Source: a virus
DNA length: 64,000 nt
IMG/VR virus record: IMGVR_UViG_3300033182_000538
Location: 102,989 to 166,988 of that record
Reading direction: 5' to 3' (one strand)
The notes below the pieces were generated by a model, which saw nothing but the letters and a program-made list of their open reading frames with translations, did no database searches and was not told the origin of the DNA. The position numbers and the translations under genes are program-made. This document shows, piece after piece, positions 1 through 9,216 of the stretch (its first letter is position 1; every line of letters begins with the position of its first letter).

Positions 1-236
1 GTTTGTTCTTTGTTCATAATGTCAGTTGGAGCCCACAATTGGTCAATATATTGAGCCATTGCGGCTTTCCTCTTCATAGAGTTGGATAAGTCTGAATTCC
101 ACTCATCCCACTTCTTGTAAAGAGTTTGTTCCTCTACAGTCATAGATTGAAGATAGTCCATATTCTCAATGAACTTCTTCTTCTCGTTATCGTAGTTGAA
201 CTCTGGCTTCGCTGGTTCTGTGTCCCAAAATTGCAT
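1..236 (-). CDS. Partial CDS (N-terminal ~78 aa, runs off the window start); possibly a DUF4338/DruA-like protein
   Basis: Not in the ORF track. ATG at 236 lies 1 nt after the clamp stop, and the frame is open to base 1 (MQFWDTEPAKPEFNYDNEKKKFIENMDYLQSMTVEEQTLYKKW...LWAPTDI). The family guess is from recollection only. Confidence 0.5.
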   Translation of the reverse strand, partial: MQFWDTEPAKPEFNYDNEKKKFIENMDYLQSMTVEEQTLYKKWDEWNSDLSNSMKRKAAMAQYIDQLWAPTDIMNKEQ

Positions 237-237
237 A

Positions 238-933
238 TTACTTAATTTCTACTAAATAATAATTTGATTTAAATCCATCGTGCTCAAACGAAACGTGAGC
301 AAGTCCTTGAGGAGAAATCTTCAATGAAGATGATTTAGCACCTCTATTAGCATTTAGAATTTCTTTCAAATACTTAGCTGAGAAAGAAATAGGTTCAACA
401 TCACCCTCACAAGTACAATCAACATTGATAGAGATTCTATTTGAGTTGATTTTAGAATAACCCAAGATTACCTCACCTTTGTTTTCTTTACAAGTGAATG
501 TAAATGTATCTGAATCAGACATAGCACCCTTTGCTTTTGTAAACGTAGATACAAAGTCATCATCCATTGTGATTGTAGATGTAAAAGGAGGAAGTTGTTT
601 CAACTCAGGTACAACTGGAATCACCGATAAATCAGCCAACATATAGTTTACTGATGTTTTAGTGTCCGAGAAAACCAAAGCTGCGTCACCTTCGTTTACA
701 TCAACTTGACTACCCAATACACCGAGTAGACCTTTTAGTTGAGATGTGGTGTAAACACCATACTCACCATTTGGAAATTCCTTCTCCTCAGATGATACAC
801 TACCCAAAAGAGTTTTGTCATCCGAAATAAAAGATACTTCCATTCCTTCATCGGTTGAGTTGATTTTTACACTCTCAACCTCACCACCCAAGTTATATCG
901 GGCGATAAATCCTTCAAACGAACTTTTTTTCAT
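238..933 (-). CDS. DNA sliding clamp (T4 gp45/PCNA-like)
   Basis: 231 aa, beta-rich, directly downstream of PolB. Has PCNA-like 'FSAKYLKEIL' and a C-terminal 'YYL'. Confidence 0.75.
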   Translation of the reverse strand: MKKSSFEGFIARYNLGGEVESVKINSTDEGMEVSFISDDKTLLGSVSSEEKEFPNGEYGVYTTSQLKGLLGVLGSQVDVNEGDAALVFSDTKTSVNYMLADLSVIPVVPELKQLPPFTSTITMDDDFVSTFTKAKGAMSDSDTFTFTCKENKGEVILGYSKINSNRISINVDCTCEGDVEPISFSAKYLKEILNANRGAKSSSLKISPQGLAHVSFEHDGFKSNYYLVEIK

Positions 934-956
934 ACTTTTTATTGTTTAATGTTAGA

Positions 957-988
957 CTAATATACGAAATTTATTTTTAATATCCAAA
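957..988 (-). promoter_or_regulatory. Bacteroidota sigma70-type promoter
   Basis: Minus strand TTTG-N20-TATATTAG upstream of the clamp gene. Confidence 0.7.
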
Positions 989-3508
989 TTAAAATGAGAA
1001 AAATTGTGATGCAGCTGCAAGGTTCGGATTTGGTTTCTCCCAATCCATAGCTTTGTAGAAGTCATCAAGTTTATTATTCAACTCTTTTTCCCAAATCAAA
1101 TCATAATCAATGTATTGTTGGATAAACTCATTTATTTGTGGTGGGTCTGAGTGACCCGTAAACGCTGTGGTCTGAAGACCAAGCGGGTTCTTCTTCAAAT
1201 ATACCCATTTAATCTTGTCACCATCTTTCATTGGTTCATACTTGTAAGGTGCGTTAAACTTCTTCAACAATTGGTTGTAAGTAATAGCCGCCTTAACGTG
1301 AGCAGGCGTTCCCTTCTTGAATTCACCCAATGCTTGATTCTTAAATAGATACTTTGACATATCCTTTACCGCTGAGTTCTTTGCGATGTCTACAAAGTTT
1401 TGACTGGTCATTCCATCTTTATAATCCAAAATCTTTTGGTCAATCTCATCTTTGTTAGTAGACTTTAGAATGTCCATCAAAACCGTTGACATCACTTCCT
1501 TGAAGTATGTTGGGAATGAACTTCGTTTTACATCAAGTCCCTTCACATCCAACTTATCACAAGGTACAGTATTGTCATTAATAATCCATTGTGCGTATCT
1601 CTTCTTTGATACCCAAAAACCACCCTTTGCGATAGTCTCTTGTTTGATATCAAATCGGTGAGTATCCACATTGAACATCTTATATGCCATTACATCATAT
1701 ACTTTGTTGATATGTGTTTCTACTTCTTTTGCAACTGATAGAATCGCTGGAATCATTTCTTCATCCGAATCTTCGTTGATGTTTGGATTACGAGACTTTA
1801 CCAATGGTGCAGCTTGATAGAATACTGAATCAGTATCAGTATATACATTGTAATCTGCTTCCTTACCAATGTTCTTTGTATAGTATTGGTTAGCAATCAT
1901 CTCAGTAGTCTTAATCACCGACTGACCTGTAATGGTAGTTGCTTCCGCATTATCCACATCGTAGAATCTGAATGATGGTAGACCCAATACACCATAAAGG
2001 GAGTTCAACATAATCTTTTGAACCAATTGTCTCTGAGAGTAGAACTTGTAGAGTTCATCATTACCTTCTTTACCATACTTCTTCATAAGGTCTTTGTACT
2101 CCACACGTTTGTCAAACCAAACATTAAGAATCTCAGGAATCACACCAACTTTGTCTCTACGATAAAGTACACCATTTGCTGCGATTGAGTAATCATTCTT
2201 CTGAACAAACTCTAAGAATCGGTCTTTAGGTAGTGGTGGGAACTCATTACCATCATCATCTACAATTGAGTATGATTCAATCTTACCCTTCATATGGTCT
2301 TCAGATGAATAGTTCTTCAATTTACCAATCTTGGTCTCTGGCGAGATATTGATTGTCATAATGATAGATGGATATAGTGATGTCAAATCCAAATCGTATA
2401 CCCACTTGTAAAGACCAGGTTTTGGTTCTTTTACATAAGCACCCGTAAACTTACCTTCACCATCAGACCCATCAGCATTACGATTCATTCTCTTTGGTTT
2501 ATTAGGAGCTACCCTACCACTCCTTCTCAAGAATGTCAAGATAGCACCCTCTAACCACTTTGATGAGAATAAAAAGTCTTCATAGAAAACGTGACCAGCG
2601 TGACAAATCGCCTGAGCCAATTGAATGAACTGAAGTTTCTTGTCCATATCAACAACCAACTCCACATCCACCAAGTTATACTCAATGAACTTTTCCAAGT
2701 CATCTCTGAATAGTTGGTCAAGGTTTCCTTCATACTCAATCTTACCACGACCCAATGTCATATTAGCAATAGTGTCTAATCGGTAGTTTGGGAATTCTTG
2801 GTAGGTAAAGTTCTTGAACAACGCAAGATAATCCAAACACGAAATACCAGCGATGATATATCTATTACGATACTTGTTCCAACTAACCTTTCCAATAGGA
2901 GACAATTCGTTTGCTTTTCGTTCACCAAAAAGAACCTTAATACGATTGTATAGGTAGGTAACATCAAAGTAGTCAATGTTCCAACCAGTCACAATAGTAG
3001 GATTGATTTCTTTCCATTTGTTGATGAAAGCAATCACCATTTCCTCTTCAGTATCAAACGACTCTACTTGAGCTCCCTTGATAGTTTTGTTGATTTTCTC
3101 ACCTTTGTTTACTACATAGACAAAGTAATCGCCAGTTACGGAATCGTGACCAGCGACTGATGTCATTGCGTTCTGAGCTTCATTAATATCAGGTAAACCA
3201 CTATTCATCTCTACCTCAATATCAAATGTCAAAATAGTATGACCTTTAGAGATTTCATCTGAATCACCATACTCATCAATCAGAAAACGAGTTACTTCAT
3301 TTACATCACTTTCGTATAGCTCCAAGTCATCTTCTTGTTTCCAAAAGTTTATCTTTTTAAGACGCTCTCCGTGAATAGAAGTATGAGCACCATTACCATC
3401 TCTAACGTAACCATATCTACGGTACTTAGATGTGAAGTAACCTTTTTCATCATCCCAACAATGGATGATAGATTTTTCTTTTTCATAGTATACGTTTTGA
3501 TATGCCAT
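989..3508 (-). CDS. Family B DNA polymerase (gp43-like)
   Basis: ExoI FDIE, ExoII GWNIDYFD, motif A DLTSLYPS, motif B KIMLNSLYG, motif C YTDTDS, KKRY. Confidence 0.97.
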   Translation of the reverse strand: MAYQNVYYEKEKSIIHCWDDEKGYFTSKYRRYGYVRDGNGAHTSIHGERLKKINFWKQEDDLELYESDVNEVTRFLIDEYGDSDEISKGHTILTFDIEVEMNSGLPDINEAQNAMTSVAGHDSVTGDYFVYVVNKGEKINKTIKGAQVESFDTEEEMVIAFINKWKEINPTIVTGWNIDYFDVTYLYNRIKVLFGERKANELSPIGKVSWNKYRNRYIIAGISCLDYLALFKNFTYQEFPNYRLDTIANMTLGRGKIEYEGNLDQLFRDDLEKFIEYNLVDVELVVDMDKKLQFIQLAQAICHAGHVFYEDFLFSSKWLEGAILTFLRRSGRVAPNKPKRMNRNADGSDGEGKFTGAYVKEPKPGLYKWVYDLDLTSLYPSIIMTINISPETKIGKLKNYSSEDHMKGKIESYSIVDDDGNEFPPLPKDRFLEFVQKNDYSIAANGVLYRRDKVGVIPEILNVWFDKRVEYKDLMKKYGKEGNDELYKFYSQRQLVQKIMLNSLYGVLGLPSFRFYDVDNAEATTITGQSVIKTTEMIANQYYTKNIGKEADYNVYTDTDSVFYQAAPLVKSRNPNINEDSDEEMIPAILSVAKEVETHINKVYDVMAYKMFNVDTHRFDIKQETIAKGGFWVSKKRYAQWIINDNTVPCDKLDVKGLDVKRSSFPTYFKEVMSTVLMDILKSTNKDEIDQKILDYKDGMTSQNFVDIAKNSAVKDMSKYLFKNQALGEFKKGTPAHVKAAITYNQLLKKFNAPYKYEPMKDGDKIKWVYLKKNPLGLQTTAFTGHSDPPQINEFIQQYIDYDLIWEKELNNKLDDFYKAMDWEKPNPNLAAASQFFSF

Positions 3509-4641
3509 TAACCTTGTAACCTTTTATGTAATTCTTTAATCATTATATCTTCATTCAAAGATAGTTCCACAGCCCTTACGACTGACATACTGTCTCGTTC
3601 TTGTCTGAATGTGTCATCATCCAACAATTTATCAAGATAATCAAATAAGTCTTTTTTATACTTGAAGAACATTCCGTTTGGGTCAATCTCGTGATAACAA
3701 TCAGATTCATTCCAAATCATAGGACACCCGTTCATCATACAATCCGTACCACTTACTGACCACCCATAGTTAGTTTGTCTCATTTGGATACCTACCAAAC
3801 AATCTTGCAATCTCTTGTAGTAATCGTGTTTAGGTACTTTTGTATTATCAATCCAAGAATATGGTGGGTCACCTTTTAGTTGTGGAATCCACACCTTGAA
3901 ATCTTCTCGTTGTTTACGATACTCTTTCATCAGTTCAATAAACTTTGGATATCCCTTGTATGCAGCTGCACGATGGTTAAATACGATTACTCTATCTTTA
4001 GAGTCTTTGATACCATCAACAATCTTGTCTTTAGGTAATCCTAAGTTCCATACTTTTAGAATTCCATCCAACTTCTGAACAAACTCTTCGTTGAATAGTT
4101 CTCTTGCTTCATTCAATACTCTATTCTTTTGGTCTTGAGTATTAAGATAACATACATCCATTTGAGATACACCAAGTAGTTCAATAGGTAACCACAACCA
4201 CTTAGGTTTACCAGCTCTATTGTCCGGCCCATTACACGATTTCATTTCCCACCAATGACAATAACCCACAATCTTAGTGTCCATTGTTTTTTTGTATCTA
4301 CCCACTTGAACCCAATCTGGTAGGTGTGAATAGATTACATCGTAATCAATGTCTTTGAGTAGATTGATAAGTTTAGATGATGGGAATGACCTCTGATTCA
4401 TCATATCACCAGGAATGTCAATTTGGTGTTGTTTGACATTTGGTAGATTCAACTTCTTACTGATTTTGCCAGTGGGCATTAGGATATTCCAATAGTAATC
4501 GCCATAAGAGTCCAATGCTTTGATGTGGTTATGAATCACATCAACAAATGAATCTTTATCAATGTTGGAAGAATTCGTTATGTTTGGTATAACGAGTACC
4601 TTCCTTGCTTTACTATAATCTATTGCTTCCCAAAACTGCAT
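3508..4641 (-). CDS. GT-B fold glycosyltransferase, probably DNA-modifying
   Basis: 'DVIYSHLP', 'VFNHR...YKGY' and 'YGWSVSGTDCMMNGCP' (GT4-like nucleotide-sugar motif). Translationally coupled to PolB (TAATG). Confidence 0.7.
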   Translation of the reverse strand: MQFWEAIDYSKARKVLVIPNITNSSNIDKDSFVDVIHNHIKALDSYGDYYWNILMPTGKISKKLNLPNVKQHQIDIPGDMMNQRSFPSSKLINLLKDIDYDVIYSHLPDWVQVGRYKKTMDTKIVGYCHWWEMKSCNGPDNRAGKPKWLWLPIELLGVSQMDVCYLNTQDQKNRVLNEARELFNEEFVQKLDGILKVWNLGLPKDKIVDGIKDSKDRVIVFNHRAAAYKGYPKFIELMKEYRKQREDFKVWIPQLKGDPPYSWIDNTKVPKHDYYKRLQDCLVGIQMRQTNYGWSVSGTDCMMNGCPMIWNESDCYHEIDPNGMFFKYKKDLFDYLDKLLDDDTFRQERDSMSVVRAVELSLNEDIMIKELHKRLQG

Positions 4642-6416
4642 TATACAAATAAGTTTTTATGAGCAGTATTAACCTTAGATTCTACATTGTAATAATCGGT
4701 GATTAATTCATCTTTTTTATATAATCTAACTCTACCCAAACTTCTATCAATACCAATCCCATACTTTGGTTTCTCATAGTGATTCTTACTATTCACAAAG
4801 TTGAATTTAGTATAAGGGCCTATTTTTCGTTGATTATATTCGTATGTAGAAAACGATGCGTATTTAGTAGCTGAGTGATTATTAGGTACTCGCTGTCCAT
4901 TTTGAATGTTTGGTTTAATGTATTTTTTCCAAGCATCACTAATTGTTTTTATTATTAAATCATCAGATTCAACGCCCACTAACGCATCTTCAACATTAAA
5001 TGATGTAATTGAATTTTCATATAATTCAATTGCGGATGAGAATGATGGTTCATCATAAACATCATCATCGTAAGCAGAGTATAAAGAAATACCCAATTCT
5101 TTAGCTATATCTAAATAATAATCAGTATTTAATTGAAAGTCTTTTGGATTTTCTAATATATCAATTCCCAATTGAGCTGTTGGTTTATCAAATGAAACAA
5201 ACATATTTTGAAATAAATCCTCATAAGTTTTATTAAACTCACCCATATCATCAACATACCTACATAATCTACCTAATAAACCTTGTAGTAAAGATGTAAC
5301 TACCTTTGATGATTCAACAATACCCTTTATGAATGGTTTGTTTTGATGATATAGATTAGTCAATTCTCCATATGTTTGAACAGGGAATAACTCTTTATCA
5401 ACTAACTTATCCAAGTTAACACCACATCCCAAAGAACCATCAATAAACAATGCAACATCTTTTCCATTTAATTTTGAATATTCAAATGTTCTTTTGATTA
5501 TTTCGGTTAAAGTTCTTTCAGATTTATCAACTGTATCCAATCCTATCAACTCCAAACCTTCGTTATATGCTTCAGAGTTAAGTTCAACTTTGTTTGAAGT
5601 TTCACCCATACATATAACAGATGGTATACCCCAATCTGATAACATACGCAATGCAGCTTCCATTATTTCTCTTGGCTTTAATCTAATAATATAGACACCA
5701 AATCTATCTACTTCAGTAGTATTACTATGTTGAGCCAATCTTTGCATTATATACGATACATTATTTTTATCATACTGAATAAAGTAGGTCACTCCATCAT
5801 CAACATTTTTTAACAAATGAGGAACGCCTCTATAATGTTCATTTGGTTCTATTTTATGATAAATGATATCACTACCACGAGATGCATCTAACATAGAAAT
5901 ATTAGTTGCACCAACTGCTCCAAATGTACAACCAATATCTCTTAGCTCCTTAGCCAAATTTACATATCTACTTTTAGCTTGGGGTGTAGTTCCAAACTGG
6001 TCCTCATCAAAGAATACCAAATCTTGAGGCGTTAAATTTTTTATGAATTCATCTTGCTTATGTGGTTTGAAGAAGTGTAGTAATCGCTGAAATCTATAAT
6101 CAACGGAACTCATTTGGGTTACTGCTCTATTCAAACCATCAACGTGAGCAGTAGATGTATATGATGTAGTTATATATGATTTTGATTTTGGGTCTCTATC
6201 TAACCACAAAGAAGCAACACCAATCATAATTTGAGTTTTACCACTCTGCATTGGTGCAGATATTGTAAAGTAAGGAAGTTCAGACTTATACGCAGGGTCA
6301 GTTATCTTTTTGAAGATAGATTGAGCTTCATCAATCTCATCGGGTTTTGGTGGATTAATTGGATTGGTTTTCCAAGTTTCAAATAAGCTTTTTGAATTTT
6401 CTTTTTTTAATCTCAT
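4641..6416 (-). CDS. Divergent SF2 helicase/ATPase-like protein
   Basis: Walker A APMQSGKT, Walker B FFDEDQ, motif III GAT, motif VI QGLLGRLC. Confidence 0.6.
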   Translation of the reverse strand: MRLKKENSKSLFETWKTNPINPPKPDEIDEAQSIFKKITDPAYKSELPYFTISAPMQSGKTQIMIGVASLWLDRDPKSKSYITTSYTSTAHVDGLNRAVTQMSSVDYRFQRLLHFFKPHKQDEFIKNLTPQDLVFFDEDQFGTTPQAKSRYVNLAKELRDIGCTFGAVGATNISMLDASRGSDIIYHKIEPNEHYRGVPHLLKNVDDGVTYFIQYDKNNVSYIMQRLAQHSNTTEVDRFGVYIIRLKPREIMEAALRMLSDWGIPSVICMGETSNKVELNSEAYNEGLELIGLDTVDKSERTLTEIIKRTFEYSKLNGKDVALFIDGSLGCGVNLDKLVDKELFPVQTYGELTNLYHQNKPFIKGIVESSKVVTSLLQGLLGRLCRYVDDMGEFNKTYEDLFQNMFVSFDKPTAQLGIDILENPKDFQLNTDYYLDIAKELGISLYSAYDDDVYDEPSFSSAIELYENSITSFNVEDALVGVESDDLIIKTISDAWKKYIKPNIQNGQRVPNNHSATKYASFSTYEYNQRKIGPYTKFNFVNSKNHYEKPKYGIGIDRSLGRVRLYKKDELITDYYNVESKVNTAHKNLFV

Positions 6417-6443
6417 TGATATGTTTTAGATTTTAATGTTTTA

Positions 6444-6475
6444 CAAACATACGAATAATTTTTTAATTATCCAAA
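6444..6475 (-). promoter_or_regulatory. Bacteroidota sigma70-type promoter
   Basis: TTTG-N20-TATGTTTG, an exact match to the -33 TTTG / -7 TAnnTTTG consensus. Confidence 0.75.
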
Positions 6476-6480
6476 TATTT

Positions 6481-7272
6481 TTACCAAAAACTTACTTGAT
6501 TTTCTGGCTCGTAAGTTTCGTGTCTTTCAATCGGTGGTAAGAACTCTTCTGCGTTCTTAGGATACGGACTCGTTTTGTGTTTGAGTCGTTTAGTTAGTTG
6601 CCGCTTTTCAGATTTGTTCTGACCTAATACTTGAATGTATCGGTGTTTAGGAGCTTCTCTCTTTCTCCAAAACTCTTTGTACCCATCTTTACCAATCTCG
6701 GTTTTGAGATGTTCTACGTTGTGACTACCCCACTTTGAAAATACAGTTCTTGAGTGAATCCACTTATGTGGGTTTTCTAAGGATACTGAATAGTTAGGCA
6801 TTAGTTGAATATCACGACAATCTTGATATAACCAATTCGTTGCTTGATAGATACCACCTAAATGTAATTGTTCAGGGTCAGCGTAACTCAACAACATTTT
6901 TATGTTTGGTGCGTTTTCACGAATCCATTTAAATGATTGACCCATAGCGTATGATTCAATATTTGACCCATAACCATCGTGGATGAACAATCGTGTCAAT
7001 TCCAAACATTGGTCTTTTTCTAATCCATCAATTACTGAAGTGATTGCTGACCTTCCTACTGGATATCCATAAACTAAACATCCGATTAATTTTTCATCAT
7101 TTCCAAGAATGTCTATTTCATCTGATTTATAGAAGATACCAAGAGCATATCTACACATAGTCCAAGCGTGGGAGTAGTGATGGGTTACAATCATCTCCTT
7201 AGCAATAGGTTTATTTATTTCACGAATCGTTACTCGTGATGTGTCAACATATGTCTTATTTGCTTCTTTCAA
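6481..7272 (-). CDS. Mom-family GNAT DNA modification protein (paralog 1)
   Basis: HHYSH, LELTRL and SYADPEQLHLGGIYQATNWLY match Mu Mom-family motifs. Confidence 0.8.
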   Translation of the reverse strand: MKEANKTYVDTSRVTIREINKPIAKEMIVTHHYSHAWTMCRYALGIFYKSDEIDILGNDEKLIGCLVYGYPVGRSAITSVIDGLEKDQCLELTRLFIHDGYGSNIESYAMGQSFKWIRENAPNIKMLLSYADPEQLHLGGIYQATNWLYQDCRDIQLMPNYSVSLENPHKWIHSRTVFSKWGSHNVEHLKTEIGKDGYKEFWRKREAPKHRYIQVLGQNKSEKRQLTKRLKHKTSPYPKNAEEFLPPIERHETYEPENQVSFW

Positions 7273-8011
7273 TCGGTTCTAATTTATAAATCTCTTCCTC
7301 AAATAATTCACTTTTCTTCGGATAGGGTAAAGATGGGTACTTGAGTGTTTTCAATATACGACTTTTTTTTGACTTATCCAAAATATAAACGTATCTATGT
7401 TTCCGTGGTTCTTTTTTAATCCAAAATGGTTTATTTATCATCTCTTGGATTTTTTTTGGGTTGTTTGTCCCAAATTTTACGAATGAAGTCCGACTATGAT
7501 GCCACTCATCATCTTCAGACCACTTGAAAGACCAAGAATCGTTAGGTCTTACTTTGTTTCCTTGATATATCCAATTTGTTGACTGATATACAGTCCCCAA
7601 GTGACCAACCTTTGGGTCTGAGTAGGATATCAATGCTCTAATGTGTTTTGCGTGTTCTCGTAACCACTTGAATGTTTGTCCAACGAACCAGCTTTCTATA
7701 TTACACCCATACCCATCAAATACGAATAATCGTGTAAGTTCTAATACTTCGGTTCGTTCAAGAAGTGGTGATATGGACTGACCAGAGTGTCTACCTATGG
7801 GGTCACCATATGTAGCTACTCCAATCAACTTGTCCGTGGATTCAAAGAATTGGTGAGAGTCATCTTGTATATACAATCCAAGTGCGTAAGATACCTTTGT
7901 CCAAATCCCACTATAATGGTTGTTTACCACTATATCTTTTGCGACTGATTTGGAAATAGGTCTTACTGATAACTTAGAAATGTCAGTATATACCTTCCCT
8001 TCAATTTTCAT
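7256..8011 (-). CDS. Mom-family GNAT DNA modification protein (paralog 2)
   Basis: NHYS, LELTRL, SYSDPKVGHLGTVYQSTNWIY; collinear with the adjacent paralog. Confidence 0.8.
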   Translation of the reverse strand: MKIEGKVYTDISKLSVRPISKSVAKDIVVNNHYSGIWTKVSYALGLYIQDDSHQFFESTDKLIGVATYGDPIGRHSGQSISPLLERTEVLELTRLFVFDGYGCNIESWFVGQTFKWLREHAKHIRALISYSDPKVGHLGTVYQSTNWIYQGNKVRPNDSWSFKWSEDDEWHHSRTSFVKFGTNNPKKIQEMINKPFWIKKEPRKHRYVYILDKSKKSRILKTLKYPSLPYPKKSELFEEEIYKLEPIERSK

Positions 8012-8226
8012 TGATAATCGTTAAATTCACCAAATAATATATGAGTCCAAGTTTCACCTTTCACAATCTTACGAATGTTGGCGGGTGATACACCATTGTT
8101 TCGGGCCAATACTCTAATGTTTCGGTGTCCCACAGCCCATAGTTTACGAATAGACCTTACTTGTTTTTCCGTTAATTTATGTTGTGGATGTGATTCGCCT
8201 CTTAATGCCATTTTGTATCTTTTCAT
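8008..8226 (-). CDS. Small DNA-binding protein (stand-alone HNH-associated NUMOD/HTH module)
   Basis: 'GESHPQHKLTEKQVRSIR...LARNNGVSPANIRKIVKGETW' resembles the C-terminal HTH of HNH homing endonucleases. No HNH core is present. Confidence 0.65.
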   Translation of the reverse strand: MKRYKMALRGESHPQHKLTEKQVRSIRKLWAVGHRNIRVLARNNGVSPANIRKIVKGETWTHILFGEFNDYQ

Positions 8227-8633
8227 TCAAAGGGTATTTCTAATTGACCACCATCAGTCAAAAATTGTCCAATATTAGGTTTAGAAAAGTTAGGCCCCTT
8301 TAATACCTTACCATCTTCACGATAGATAGGTTTACCATCTTCTCCTAATTTAGACATATTAGAACGATGTACCTCATCAAACACTTGTTCAATGATATTG
8401 CTCATTCCGTGAGCAACCATAGTACCCAAAAGGATATATAATTGGTCAGCAAGTGCATCGGTAACCTCAACAAGGTCATCGTTATTACAAGCATCTAAAT
8501 ACTCAACCAATTCCTCTTTACCCAACCGATATCTCAAGTAATAATCATCTGGCTCAAGTAATGTTGGTTTTGAGTTTCTTGTTTGGTTATAAGCTTTCTG
8601 AAAATCCCAAAGTTGTTGTAACTGCTTTTCCAT
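8223..8633 (-). CDS. MazG-like NTP pyrophosphohydrolase
   Basis: EELVE...DALADQLY...EVHRSNMSK...GKVLKGP. Confidence 0.85.
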   Translation of the reverse strand: MEKQLQQLWDFQKAYNQTRNSKPTLLEPDDYYLRYRLGKEELVEYLDACNNDDLVEVTDALADQLYILLGTMVAHGMSNIIEQVFDEVHRSNMSKLGEDGKPIYREDGKVLKGPNFSKPNIGQFLTDGGQLEIPFE

Positions 8634-8639
8634 AATATA

Positions 8640-8671
8640 CTAATATACAAAAATTTATTTAATTTTCCAAA
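8640..8671 (-). promoter_or_regulatory. Bacteroidota sigma70-type promoter (likely leaderless mRNA)
   Basis: TTTG-N20-TATATTAG ending 6 nt before the ATG at 8633. Confidence 0.65.
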
Positions 8672-9216
8672 ATCATTTCATTGTTTTTTAAACCACTTGG
8701 TTCAGTATCCCAAAGGTTTATAGCTATTGCGTATCTTGTACCACGAGTAACTTTAGTAACTCGGTGTGGATACTCACCCGCTGGAAATATTACGAGTCTA
8801 TTATATTTTGCTTCTATACGTTCTGGCTCATTATCTTGACCTTTAGAGAATATTTCTAAATACCCACCATCGATGTCGTGGTTTCTTGGGTAATATACCG
8901 TACCAATTACAGGAGTAACCAAAGTTCTTTCAGTATCCCACAAATATTCATCTTTGTCAAAGTGCATCTTTAATTCATCCCTTTCATCTTCTTGGGAATA
9001 TACACCTGTCCAATATTCAAATCCAACACAATTTATTGGAACGTGTGGTGACCTTTCACCCCAAATGTATTCTATAAGTTCTTTTTTCAAAGTGTTTGCT
9101 GGAGAGTTCCACCACCCATACCACCAAAAGTAACCTTTGGTTTCAAAAAAAGTCTCATCACGTTCTAATCTATTTAAAAACTCTTGGTCTTTTATAAAAT
9201 CATCTATTACTATCAT
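8659..9216 (-). CDS. 2OG-Fe(II) oxygenase
   Basis: HFD (HxD), GGYL, NRLVIF, distal H in PHRV, TRY. Confidence 0.85.
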   Translation of the reverse strand: MIVIDDFIKDQEFLNRLERDETFFETKGYFWWYGWWNSPANTLKKELIEYIWGERSPHVPINCVGFEYWTGVYSQEDERDELKMHFDKDEYLWDTERTLVTPVIGTVYYPRNHDIDGGYLEIFSKGQDNEPERIEAKYNRLVIFPAGEYPHRVTKVTRGTRYAIAINLWDTEPSGLKNNEMILEN

